A stretch of 55,794 nt of DNA, filler included, from Ionaspis alba (GCA_964255285.1; 2 parts of 2 records of this genome joined end to end with filler, not necessarily neighbours in it); one strand, 5' to 3'. Numbered from the whole stretch's first letter, positions 23,323 to 35,679 are shown. The notes: generated by a model from the sequence alone, not told the origin. Translations and numbers: made by a program.

Positions 23323-26300
23323 CTAGGTATACTCATGAGCTTTTAGCCAATCCAGCACCAGCTTCTCATCTCTCTCCTTGTAATTCGCATTTCCCCTCAC
23401 AGTATCAGATACCTGTACTAAGCCTCGATCATACCCTTTTGTGTCTTTATCCTCGAAGAACTTTGCAATGTCCCTCTCCACATCGTGACTGGCGAATTTG
23501 GACAGAGAAGTTTTGAGATATCGATCGATGACCACACTATTCGCCGACAGCTTCCCATGTACGGTGTCCCAATTCTTCTTTATATATGCCCAGAGTGCAT
23601 CCTTGGCCTTCGCGTTGTTCGCTAAAGCGATGGAGCCGGTGTGTGCATCTTGCACAGCAACCTTATCCGAGAACTGGAAGTCAAGGAAGTCGTTGACTAA
23701 ATCGGTTGACTGAACTTCTCCCATGGCTGTGAGACAAATTTCCTTTCCATCAATCGACGTTGTGGAGAGATATTCCTGCTTAACAGCCTCATACTCATCT
23801 GCACCTCCAGTCTTGACGGCAAGACGGAAGACGGCCAGACGCAGACTAGCGGGGATAGCTTCTTTGTCGCCAGAAGTATAGCCGGCGAAGCGTTTCTTTG
23901 CTTCATCAATGGTTCTGGCAGTTTATGAGCTGTGCACTCTCTGGAAGAAACAATGAAGCTTACTTTTGATGACCAGCCTCACCTGCGGAGCTAAGAAGCA
24001 ACGATCGAAGTCGAGTTGTCAAATTGTCCTCGTCAGGCGAGAAGTTCCAGCCTATCTTCTCCGCCGCAGGCGTGACTAGCTGTAGCTTGAGTTTCTTCAA
24101 ACCGGCAGATATGGACGAATTGTCGGAGAAGACAGACTGAACCTTTCCTAGAGAACTGGTGATTTGCGACCAAACACTTCCATCGTGAGCATCAAGGTTA
24201 CATTAGAAGTCTAGAGTGTTACTCACAACATATTCGTCTCACCCTTGAATTCTGTGCATAAGGCCAACAGCCCAGCAGTGGTACTATCTCCAGAAACAGC
24301 AAGGGCCGCAGCATCGCCAACCAGGCCAATTCGGTCCTGTACAGACAGTTTACCACTTGCGGCACCAAGCTTAGTCAAACGCGCTGCTGGATAGTTTGTG
24401 CGGTAGAAGCCGGTCAGGTCGGAATTGAGCTTATAGAACGATTCGTCAACATCGCGGATTGTCTCCTCTTTTGTCGTCAATGCCTCCGCAGAACCACTTC
24501 TGGACTTCGAATCTGTCTTCAGACCCAGTGGGATCCACCAAATGGTTTCATCTTCCTCTGGCTTGACGTCGCCAGTAGATAAGAACCTCGATTGACGAAC
24601 CCCAATCTGACCGGGCTCTTCGGCAACTGTGAGCACAGGAAATCCAATTTTCCGGATCCAAGGATCCTGAACCACGATGAGCAACAACCATCAGAGGGGC
24701 CCAACCGCCATACCATGAAAGCATTGACATCGGTGCTCGAAGCTTTGCTTAGAGCTGCCCATAGATCGTTCGTAGTAGCGTTGCCTTTGGGCTTCAGCTT
24801 CTTCAGTGCTCGAAATATTTGTGGCTCACTCACCATATGCATTTGCTTTCAAGTAGTCAGAAACTCCGCGAAGGAAGACCTCGACGCCAAGATGCCCGCT
24901 AAGCATGCGGATAACAGAGCTGCCTTTGAGATAGCTGATGGCATCGAATATTTGATCGATCTCCAGAGCGTCCTTGACAGGCACCTCGATGGGATGAGAA
25001 GATCTCAGAGAGTCCAGCTGTGATGCGGATTGCACGGCCTCGGTCTTTCCCAGTCAGCTACACAGTAGCTACACAGGAAAGCTTATAATGGTGGTGGATA
25101 GCACATACCACAAATTGTGCCCAGATGTCCCATTCTGTCCGCCAGCAACGTCAGCCAGTCTGAAGCACACCAATATGTGGTAAAAGTCTTACCCGGGTAG
25201 AGGTGATCTATGGCATACCAACCAACCCAAGTCGCAAAGCCCTCGTTTAGCCATAACTCGCTCCACCAGTCCATCGTGACGAGGTTTCCGAACCACTGAT
25301 GGGCAAGTTCTAGGAAGCATAAACACGCTGGTCCGATCAAATCATCAAGGCAATCCATACCATGTGCGACGACATAAGCAACTCTATTCTTGTACCTTGC
25401 GTCCGAGTTCTTCTCGTCAAAGAGGATGGCCGTAGTTCGGTAGGTAACTAGTCCCCAATTCTCCATGGCCCCGTGCGACTAGGAGTAACTGATTAGCGGA
25501 CGTTATTTTGGTAGAGCGAATAGACTTATTATTGGCTACGGAATCAGCCATCATAATCTATGACTGGCATGACATTACGGAAAGCAGGATACTCACAAAC
25601 TCATGCACAGCGAGCAGGTCGGCCTTCGGCAGTGGGTAGTCAATCTGGAATATCTAGAAGACCGTATCAGGATGCAGTTCTCGGAAAGGGACAGAAATTG
25701 AGGTACCTCCGAGAAATAGTCAATGATCTGATGGGCATTAAGAAGTCCAAAACGTCCCTGCTCCTTCAAACCTCGAGTCGTGTAGACTCTGACACGTAGT
25801 GGCTTGCCGTTGTAATTCCTCTTCGTAAAGTCTTCGACGTATTCGAAGTCTCCGAAAGCCCAGGAGAGTAGCTTCAAGCAGAACATCAACATTGAACACA
25901 CATTATACCCTTTGAACCAGGTAGCGGCACTTACATATGTGCTCATGACCGGAGTTCGTTCGAATGAGACGACTTTCAGACCATTCTTGCTATCCTGAGT
26001 ACCCTTTTCCGGCATGTTGCTCAAAGCTGTCTGGTCACTCGGAATTTCGATTTGGAAGTCGAAAGTCGCTTTGAGATTGGGCTCGTCAAAACATGGGACT
26101 GCTCTCCTCGCATCACACGATTCGAATTGAGTGCTGAACATGTAGTGGTACTCATCGTCCTTTGGTACTGAGGCGGCGGGAGCAACAGTCGGCTTATATC
26201 TGGACCTATAGAAGCCGGCCATAACATTGTTCATGATACCGCTATACTTGATCTCCAGGACCGCGTCTGATGATGGGGATAGCTCATTGGGAAACGCCAA

Positions 26301-26924
26301 TGTAGCTCGTTGTGCCTTCTCATCGTACGATATATCCGTGGCTTTCTGAGCTATGTATATGTCAACAGTGGTACGTGCTCTCTTTTACTTCTCAAATCGC
26401 ATACAGGAAACTTTGGAACTCGATATCTCGGCACTCTTGAGCTTCAACTGGTGAGCATTGATGACAATGTTCTTGGTTGCTTTCCGGATAGAGAGATCAA
26501 TCTTCACAGTCCCTTGGTAGCTGAAAGATCCTCCGAGCTCAAGATCATACAACGAGATGTCGTAATTGATCGGCTTGACACTATGAAGCTGTCAACCATA
26601 CTGTTTGTTCATTCACTCAACATTCCCCAAGACATACTCATTGGGCAACACATCTCTATCAATAGCGGCCATGGCTACCGATGTAGTATATCTTCGGGAA
26701 TATCGTGTTATAGAGGTGATTCTGGTGATTATCAAAGAACTGATTGATTCTGGTTGGTATGAAGGCTGGCAATAATGTCTGTAAATCGAGCAGGTGAATT
26801 TACGGATCGATCGACAACCTTGAGCATACCCCGCCCTGCAGCTTGCAGTCTGGATGAGAAAGGTATTGGTTCCTTTGAAACTTAATCGAACAGTGGATTG
26901 GAAGGATCGGGAAATCACGATCAT
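23323..26924 (-). CDS. ape2: M1 family zinc aminopeptidase (Ape2/puromycin-sensitive type); 13 exons; alternative starts at 26924 and 26672
   Basis: 'GFYRSRY', '[25 protein letters not shown]', '[12 protein letters not shown]', HEXXH '[29 protein letters not shown]', 'FDAISYLKG', ERAP1-like C-terminal domain. Confidence 0.93.
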
Positions 26925-27199
26925 ATTAACTTCCACTCGCAAATAGGGAAGGATTAGTTCTTGGTCCCCTGTTTCGGTATCATCTTACGCGAGGCAAAAT
27001 ATCAATACAACCACGAGTTTCTCTGTTCAAAACAAGTAATCGTGAGTCTTCGTTTGTCCGCTGCTACCCATAGAAGTGCTGCACCTCAACGTACATCTGC
27101 TATCCTTGCCATAACGCCATCTGAGCTTCCATTGGGTATCTTGAACCATCCCGCTGCCTCACCGCTATCGTACTTCTCTTACGCCGCCCCACAACTGTG

Positions 27200-27764
27200 C
27201 TACAGCCTCACGTAGACGTCTAGACATGGAACCCTCCATTCCCGAGCACCAAGCCAACTCCTTATCCAGCCAACTCCGATCCCAGTCCATTCTGATTGAG
27301 GTACCATCCTCCGCCTGAACTCCTCTATTGCTGCCCCCGCAAGCGCTACTGTTGTATCGTTGATTGCTGTAGCTAAGAAAGAGGCTTCTTCTCCTTGATT
27401 ACCGGGTGGCGGTCCGGCCATAGGAGATGAGATATGTCGTGGCTCAAACCAGTTGCTGTGAATATCGAAGAAACAGTGGTCCGACCAGTAGCATGAGGAT
27501 ATGAAGAGGATCAGGAGGAGTATGGAGCAATAGACACATGGCCGATTGAGAAAGTATGTCAAGAAGAAAAAAGAGACCACGAATCTACGGTTCAGCCAGT
27601 CAGTTGTACCCGAGCACGCAAAACCTCAAAGAGACGAGAGACCACTCACAATGGTGATGCGTTCGTTGGAATGAAAAGTAGAGGCAACCAGCTATAGGTG
27701 TAAGTCAGTGATGAGGCTTGGTTTGAAAGGTTGAGAGACTCAATCACCTGCGGAGGCAGAACAT
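27200..27764 (-). CDS. BC10/BLCAP-like small membrane protein; 3 exons
   Basis: Spliced MFCLRS|WLPLLFIPTNASPL|FVVSFFFLTYFLNRPCVYCSILLLILF, matching the BC10 pattern MxCLxWLLP...P...FL.RxPCxxC. ATG 27764; introns about 27747-27693 and 27649-27585. Confidence 0.8.
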
Positions 27765-27909
27765 CGTGAAATGTGGCAAGTAAGAAAGAGTGTGAAGGGA
27801 GCTTTAGCAGCTCGAGCGATCCTCGCCAGGGTTATTTCGCTTCGAAAGCGGTGTAGCAGGCTTTGTCTGAGGGAACGAGTCTGTCGGTCTTAGTCTGCGA
27901 CAGCCTCAA

Positions 27910-28009
27910 NNNNNNNNNNNNNNNNNNNNNNNNNNNNNNNNNNNNNNNNNNNNTTAATTAATTAANNNNNNNNNNNNNNNNNNNNNNNNNNNNNNNNNNN
28001 NNNNNNNNN
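27910..28009. other. Artificial contig linker N44-TTAATTAATTAA-N44
   Basis: A 12-nt palindrome (27954-27965) with TAA stops in all six frames, centred in Ns. This is a standard pseudomolecule spacer design. Confidence 0.93.
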
Positions 28010-28629
28010 GGGTATGCGAATTCTGGGTAGACGATTTCGCCGTCTTGGAAGTAGACGGGGAAGGAGCGGGTGGGTGCTGGATGCGCGTTGTAGACGCCTA
28101 GACCGATCATGCCCATGGCGATCATGGTTAGGATGTCCAGCCAGGTCATCTTGAGCCATTGGCCAAAGGGGGGACGGGTGTTGTGGTGACCTGAGGTTGG
28201 GTGGGTGTGAGTGGTGTTGTTGTGGTGGTCGTGGGCGCCCGTTGTGGGCTTAGGGTTGTGCTTGCGGTTGAAGAGGCTGCGGCGGCCACTGCTGTGGTTG
28301 TTCGTGGGAGTAGTGGTGGTCTGGTCGGTGTAGTTGTTGTTGTTGTGGTCGATACCGTTGTAGCTGGTGGTCATGGGAGTGCCGGTAGTGGTGTGGTTTC
28401 CGACCCCATTGTGACCGATGCTATTGTGAGTGGTATCGTGGTGACCGAGGCCACTGTGGCCAACGTTATTATTGGTAAGTCCATCGTGGCGAGTGCCATT
28501 ATGACCAATGCTGTTGTCGTTACCAAAGTGGTTGTTGGCAGTAGTCATCGGTATATGGTTGCCAGTGTGGTTGGGATGGGCTGCGTTATCAGCGCCACCA
28601 CGGCGAGTGAGACCCGAAAAAAGGCCCAT
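28010..28629 (-). CDS. PAP2-family lipid phosphate phosphatase (Dpp1/Lpp1-like), 5' part, truncated by the linker
   Basis: 'FGQWLKMTWLDILTMIAMGMIGLGVY...PAPTRSFPVYFQDGEIVYPEFAYP' resembles TM1 and the following loop of fungal PAP2 proteins. The catalytic motifs are not in the window. Confidence 0.75.
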
Positions 28630-29660
28630 GACCGGATGTCAAGATTGGGTGTGTTTGTTTGTGGCAGATATGATGGCAGCAATCTCCCTTCTTGATGGAT
28701 CTTGGTTGATATTGGGAGTCTTGATGATGAAAGAAGCAGTAGGATATGTTTGACGTAGGTGAGATAGGAAGTGTGTTGACTCAGAACCCGTAAGGCTAGC
28801 AGAAACGCGTATTGTAGCGAACGAGTCACAACCCTAAGTGGGTGGAGTAGCGGAAGTGGTTCTTTCACGCTGGGACAACACGACAAAGACAGAGATGGGA
28901 AGTCGAGGAAAACTGGAGGGCAGTCTACCAAATATGTACGGGGAAATCCCCTCGGCTTCTTATGCGCCATCTTGAATAGACCCATCTCGATCACGATCGG
29001 TCACTTTCCGTGCCTTGATTTCACTACCGCTTTCTGTTCTCAAATGGACAATCCAATATCAATTACTGTGGCGCATGCTTTACTAGCTCACTGCTTTCCT
29101 TGCTTCAGCCACAGCTGATCCTGGCAGATGCATCGTCCCGCCGTGGCTACTAGCTTGGCTGATGTCAGAGTCTCACTTGTGTCTCCACACTTGAGGCGCT
29201 AATGGTGGAGAAGAGAAGGAACACGCTCGGACAGGATCCGACAAGCCACAGCAAGGTTCACGCGTTGCATCACGACTGCAAAGCTGTTCCTTGATTGATT
29301 CCGGCAGTAGAATGATCTAGAGAAAAGCTTATGGTTGGTTTGACCGAGACTGGACTACTCTACATGCGACTCCAACGCTCAAACATCACGGGTAGATATT
29401 GCGTGCAGATCATTCCAGTAGAATCGAGAAAGCATCAGCGCATTTTTTTTACTTCCCTACCAATAGCTAGTAATCAGCGCAGAAGTCTGGACTAAGATCT
29501 GCAGCAAAAGACCAGAAGCAAAGTATTCCGGCCCATCAAGCTATCCATGCGCACAGTATTATCCTCGAACCAATTTTCTTCGTGTCAAACCCAGATCGTC
29601 AATCACAGCAACAAACAGCGCACAAATACCAAAGCCAACATCCGTGATCAAAATTCTCAC

Positions 29661-32648
29661 TTACGCAGCCCCCTTCGACTTCCTCGTCTTCTTCTCCTTC
29701 TTCCCACCCTTCGCCACCTTCCCAGCCTCCTTCTCCCCAGACACTCCCTCTCCCTCCTTCTCCACCGCCACAACCTTCGTAACAATCTCCTCACTGACAA
29801 CAACACCCCCTTCCTCATCCCCAGCAACAACAATTGACTTCTCCTGCTCCACAACCTCCACACTCCCACCCTCAATCGTCGCAGTCTCCTCTGCCCCCTC
29901 CACAACCTTCCTCGCCTTAACCGGCACCTCCGCCACATCCTTCAACTCCCCGCCCTCGAACTCATATCCCAACTCCTTCATCTCCTTCGCCTTCTTACTT
30001 CTCCTCTTCTTTTCCGTCTCGTTCTTCTTCGCCCACTCCTCTCTCCCCTTCGCCAGCTCCAATTTCCGCCCCTCGATCTTATTCCACGGTACCTTCTTGA
30101 AGCGCTTGTCTGCGCCTTTCCACATCTCGGGATGCACCTGATCTTTCGGCACAAGCTTGCATTTCAGAAGATGGCCGAACATGATGTAGTTGTCCATTGT
30201 ATCGGCGACGATTTTCGCCACTTCGGCGGAGGCGAACTCGAGGAAGGCGAAGTGCTTTGAGTTGCCCGTTTTCTTGCTGCGGGAGAGACGGACGTGGTTG
30301 ACGGTGCCGAATTGGGTGAAGTAGGCGCGCATTTCGTGTTCGTGGAAGCCATGGGGGATGCGGCTGTTTCGCGCAACTTAGTATGGAAGTTGTTAGATGG
30401 AAGTGAGGAGACATACCCGATGTAGACAACACCAGGCTCATCGCTGTCACCTTTGACCTTCTTAAGCTGCTTCGAAAGCTTCTTGTTCTTATCCGGCAAT
30501 TGAGGAATCTCTTGCCCCTGCGTGAACCCCTTGCTAGTGTCGACGTCCCCCTCATCGCCATCGCTTTCAAAGCCCTTGAGTAGAGCAGCTGTCTGATCAT
30601 CGTAGTCTGAATCGCTATCAGAATCCGCCTCTGGAGCCACAAGAGTGGTCTCTCCTCCAGTATCACTTTCCGTGGGCTTGCTTGGCTCTGTGGCAGGTGT
30701 AGTGTCAGCTTCCTTAGCCTTTGCCTTGCCCTTTTTGGACGGCTTGCTGGTTTCCTTGTCGACCTTCTTCTTGGTTGCTGCACCCAAAGCTGCTTCGGAC
30801 ACATCGCCCATCAGGGACTTCGAGGTGCCGCTGGCAATGCCGGCCAGGATCTCCTTGGCAGCATCAGCGCCATGCGAGACCGCTTCCAGACCAGACGAGA
30901 TCAAGTTGCCAATGGTACTGCTGGCAGTGTCTGATGAGCTGCCTTTAGGCTTCTTCTGCTCCTTTCTGGCGGCCGCAATTTCGCTCAAAGGCTCCAACAG
31001 ATCATCCTTCACGGCGTCTACATCATGTGTAGTGGCAGTCTTGCGCTTCTTCGCCTTCTCTGCTTCTGTTTTGGAAGTTTCTTCTACATGTCCCGCTTTT
31101 GGTTGCTCTGCATCCGGTTCAGGAGCGCCTTTGCGCTTCTTCGATTTTTCAGGCTTTGGCTGAGTGTTTTCCGCCACCTTCTCACTAGGCAAGCCGGTAT
31201 CAGCCGCCTCTTCAGCTTTCTTAGAGGTCTGAGTCTTCTTCTTCTGGTCTGTCTTAGCAGGCGTAGCCTGAGAAGCAGGTTTCTTCGAAACCGAATCTCC
31301 ATTAGTCGTGTTTTTCTTGGCAGTTTCCTTGCCTTTCTTCGTCTTTGCTGACGCCGCTGCTTCGGCCACGACTTCCTTATCATCTTTGGCCTTACCCGAG
31401 CCTGGTGGACGGCCTGGTTTCTTCTTTACGGGCTGGGATGGCTGAGCGTCCTTTTCTGGAGTCAAGGACTTCAGAGCGGTCTCCACAGGACTCTCGGTCA
31501 ACGGATTGGGACCGGCATCTGCGCTAGGTTCCGGGCCGCCCTTCTTCGACTTCTTGCCCGCCGCTTTTGAGTCTCCTGAGGGACCACCATTTGTAACGGC
31601 GTCCTCGGTAGGCTTCTTGGTATTTTTCGCAGTGCCAGACTTGTCTTTAGCAGCTTTTTGGCCCTTGGGGGTGGCGTCCTTGTCCTTCTTCGTTGGTTCA
31701 TCCACTTTCTTCGTCTTATCTGCTTTGGTCTTCTTTGGTTTGGGAATATTTGCAGGCTCAACCTCAATGGAGTCACCACCAGGTGCTGTCTTATCGACCT
31801 CGACAGGATGACCGTCAGCCTTACTGGGCTTGGTGTGCGCAACAACGTCTTGTTTAGCAGCTTCGGTCTTCGCTTGTCCTTTGCCTTTCTTCGAAGTAGG
31901 TGTTGGCTGATCATCAGCTTTGTCGGTCTTCGATTCTTTCTCGGCTGCAGCTTTCGCCTTCTTCTCCGCCGCTTTTGATTTCTTCGCGGATAACGCTTCA
32001 GGTTGCACATCCTTTTCCGCTTCAGTTGTCTCTGTTGGCTGTTCTTCTGACTTGCCAGCCTTAGCCTTGGCCGTTTTCTCAGCTCTCTTCGGCTTCTTGC
32101 TCGAAGGCGGTTCAGACGGCTGGTCAACCTTGGCATTATTTGCCTTCTGCGACTTCTCATCTTTCTTTCTAGCCTGAGCATTGCCTTTCTTGGCTTTAGG
32201 CTGTTCAGCGGGCTCAATCTCCATCATATCACCACCAGGCGCAGATTTTGCAGTCTCAACAGGATGCCCATCAGCCTTGCTAGGTTTCACTACACCCTTA
32301 GCCGCCGTTTTGGCCTTCTTCTGTGGCTTCTCAGAATTCTTGTCTTCTGAAAGCTGAACCGGCTCATCTTCAGGACCATCAAACAATTCCGCGGCGCGCT
32401 TGCGTGACTTTCTTGCTGATGTGATAACAGGTGTCTCGTCTTGCGCGAGGTGTATGAGACCAGGGGGAGATGGCTTTTCAGCAGCTTTGGCCGTGTCTGT
32501 AGTTCTGCCCGCTTTCTTCGTCTTGGATTTCGGCGTCGCGACTTTTGCGCAAGGCAAAACATCAGTAAAAATAACCACATCAATCGATACCTGCTCATCA
32601 GATCCAATGCATACCTTTGCGCTCCTTGTTCTGTCCGTCTGGTGCCAT
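29661..32648 (-). CDS. nop15: Nop15/NIFK-like RRM ribosome-biogenesis protein with very long Lys/Ala/Glu-rich N-terminal extension; 3 exons
   Basis: RRM 'PGVVYIG|RIPHGFHEHEMRAYFTQFGTVNHVRLSRSKKTGNSKHFAFLEF...ADTMDNYIMFGHLLKC' followed by 'FKKVPW'. First exon MAPDGQNKERK at 32648; introns about 32614-32542 and 30416-30365. Confidence 0.88.
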
Positions 32649-33192
32649 GTCTGGCGATCGATACACGTTGGACGAGAGTATTAAGTAGTTGTCGATTGTT
32701 GTGTGCGGGCGCAACTCTGCGCAACACGTCGAAGCCTTTTCCTGACGTCAAATCTTTAGCGTGCTTTTTCTCCAACGATTGGCTGACGCGTGCTGCTGTT
32801 GATCACGGGACACAATCAACACATGATTGTTTGTTTTGATTCTATCTTGTCTTTTGGGACTTGTTCTTCAAACTCAATTTGTGAATTGGCTATGCAAACT
32901 ATGATGATTTCTTGAACCTTGTCCAACGGGTCTTACATCAGACTCTTCCACTTATGACAGCGAGATGAGATCAGTTTTTAGAGCACCAGATTGACGATTA
33001 TCTGACCCGCCACTGTCTTATTTCGAAGCTGCCGGCTAATTGACCTGCTACATGATACGTTCTAGCCATTCGAGCTGCCCGGAATTAGCTACCTGCATGA
33101 CCCATCATGAAAAGCATGACGGTCATACTTTGGCCTTCGTCCTAATTCCAGAAGCTCCCAAAAGTGCATACTTACTCATACTCCGATTTAAC

Positions 33193-34110
33193 CTACTTGG
33201 TTTTCACAGCGGCCCCTTCTGACTTCCGCAATGCCTCCAACATTTTCTCTCGCTCTGCCAATTTAGCCCTCTCCTCTTTTGCTAGAACCTCCACCTGCTT
33301 GATAGCCTCATTCAACCTATCGAGTTCTCGTCCCTCCGTTCTCTGACTGTACGGATTGTCCGCACTCTCTACGATGGGAATCTCGGCAGTACGCTCACCA
33401 CCTTTCTTGAAAGACGCTTGCTTTGAGCCCTTCGAGCTTCCTTTGCCCCTCGTAGGTTGGACGGCGCCTGAGGTCAGAACCTCATAGAACTGCTCCACTG
33501 GCTCGTTGAAGACGATTTCTTCGTAGTTTTGGCTGATAATGGGCTCTCCACTTGCTCGCTGCCGTTCTGCGTCTGGACCGTAAGGGTGTAGTTTCAATGG
33601 ATGATAGACACTGGTTGGCTTCTCGTTGGCTTCTGGGACAAAGAACAACTTGATGCTGACTTCGAACTCTCCCCATCCTGTTTCGGTGACTTCGAACGGT
33701 CCAGGATTTTCGATGGTACGGAGAGATTGTGAATAGGTTTCGTGGAGTTTGAACTGAACTTTCTTGAGCCAGTAAGTGATGTCTTCCCCATCAATGCCAC
33801 GAATGTAGACGGTCCATCGATGCGTATGATCAGGAGAGATGTTGGGCGGTCGATTGTTGGGGTCCAGCAGTTTGGCTATACTTCCGAATACTGTTGAGGA
33901 TGGTATAAGCAATCTATAGTATCACGTGATCGTGAGATATATGTCATCAACATACCAAAAGGTCTATGAATAGCTACTCCCTTGACACGAGAAGGCCGGT
34001 TAGTGTAGACCATGATGGAAGCGACTGGTAGAATTGGAAAAGAGGTGACCACGATTTTGTGAAAGTAAGATTCGTACCTTAACTCGCTTTGTCCCTGCTG
34101 GGGCAGGCAT
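33193..34110 (-). CDS. yaf9: YEATS-domain protein Yaf9 (NuA4/SWR1 subunit); 3 exons
   Basis: [25 protein letters not shown]...[11 protein letters not shown]...[11 protein letters not shown]...[14 protein letters not shown]...LKLHPY. Confidence 0.95.
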
Positions 34111-34579
34111 ATTTCCGACGTAGCAAGAGCTTTCTTCTGCCTAGATCACGAGACGTAGCCACCAGATCAAGGAATTATTCCATCCTTTCCATGTGAAAAT
34201 GGTAATAGTGAATCCCAGTCTGTCCAGTTCTGAGTAAACAAATGCCGGAAACGTTTCTCAATCACCAGGCACCTTCACGAAATTAAATAAATTCGCGACG
34301 ACTTCCTTCGTATAAGTCTTTCACTATCCAAAGAGAGAACCAGGAAAGGTAAAATATATTAGAGATTACAACCAGCTACGCTTTGCTCTCCCAAAACAGT
34401 GTTCGCAGCCTCTCTCATGAATGTCACTAGAGGGGCGTTCGAGAGGATCAATTCGGATCTGTCCGAGAGCCCCCTGTCAGCCTCATCGGAGGATACCTTG
34501 CCAAGCCCGTGAGGAAGAAATCCATCTCCAATGACGTCTCGAAGTCAAACAAAACACCTCCACAGTCAGCACAATAACA

Positions 34580-35559
34580 ATGCCCAAGAAAATCGTCGTC
34601 TGCGGAGGGAATGGATTTCTGGGTGAATAGCCTTATCCTACACCAACGAATCTCCCAGCAATCCACTGACGGCTTTCTCAGGCTCACGCATATGCAAATC
34701 CGCCGTCGCTCGCGGCTGGGACGTAACCTCAATATCCCGCTCTGGCGAACCCACCTGGTCTCTCGTTACCTCCTCCACTATCACTCCAGCATGGTCAAAG
34801 TCTGTCTCCTGGCAGAAGGCCGATATGCTAAAGCCCGCGACGTACAAGCCAATGCTGAAAGATGCCGACGCGGTCGTACATTCGATGGGGATATTACTAG
34901 AGGCTGACTATAAAGGGGCGCTGACGGGGAAAGAGTCGATATGGGGAGGATTGTCGAGGGCGTTCAGTGCTACGAAGCTTGGAAGCCAGAATCCACTAGA
35001 GAGAAAGGAGGGGGAGGAATTAAGGCCTGGCGAGAGGGATGGGCAGCTAACTTATGAGTTGATGAATAGGGACTCGGGTATGATTGGCTGCGAAGGTCGG
35101 AATAATCAGGGTTGCTAATGTGTTTTTGTTCTAGCTATCGCGCTTGCCCAGGAAGCGTCTGCGCAGAAAGTCCGTTGCTTCGTCTTCATCTCCGCTGCTG
35201 CTGGTGCGCCGGTTTTACCCGCGCGGTATATCAATACCAAACGGGAGGCCGAGTCCACAATTGCCTCCTCATTACCAAATCTTCGAAGTATCTTCATTCG
35301 CCCAGGCTTCCTGTACGACTCCTCGAGAACCATCACAATGCCATTAGCGGCTGCTGTTGGTGCTGGAGCAATTGTGAACTGGGTGGTGGGAGGCCGTCTG
35401 ACGTGGTTAGCGGGCGCAGCTGTGGAAAAGCCGTTGAAGGCAGATCTAGTCGCGGAGGCCGTCGTCGAGGCTATTGGGGACGAGAGTATGAAAGGCGTGG
35501 TTGTGACGAGTCAGATCGAGTCGCTTGCGAACAAAGCATGGCGAAGAGGTATGCTGTAG
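34580..35559 (+). CDS. NAD(P)-binding atypical SDR, Coq11/Mrx2 (YLR290C)-like; 3 exons
   Basis: 'MPKKIVVCGGNGFLG|SRICKSAVARGWDVTSISRSGEP', 'AVVHSMGILLEADYKG', 'TYELMNRDSA', 'FVFISAA...RYINTKREAE', 'EKPLKAD...AWRRGML'. Confidence 0.85.
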
Positions 35560-35679
35560 GACTTGGGGAGGTTGCTGTATATACCTTGTGTGATGTGGCT
35601 CGATGGGTCTGGTGGAGTCTGGAGTACAAAACCCTTCTCAGTCGAAGTTTGAAATGTCACGGTTCAACTACTGCTTCGC

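Noticed and set aside
25479..25597. Internal GCTGAT...TAG in aminopeptidase intron 5 as an alternative exon or stwintron
   Set aside because: It does not reconstitute a split donor and leads to a stop codon within about 11 codons; there is no supporting evidence.
27954..27965. TTAATTAATTAA palindrome as a biological element (e.g. piggyBac TTAA site)
   Set aside because: It is centred exactly within Ns and is an assembly spacer.
32542..32614. Internal CTGAT-GAGCAG|GTATCG in nop15 intron 1 as a recursive or twin intron
   Set aside because: The first unit would be only about 24 nt, too short for a spliceosomal intron.
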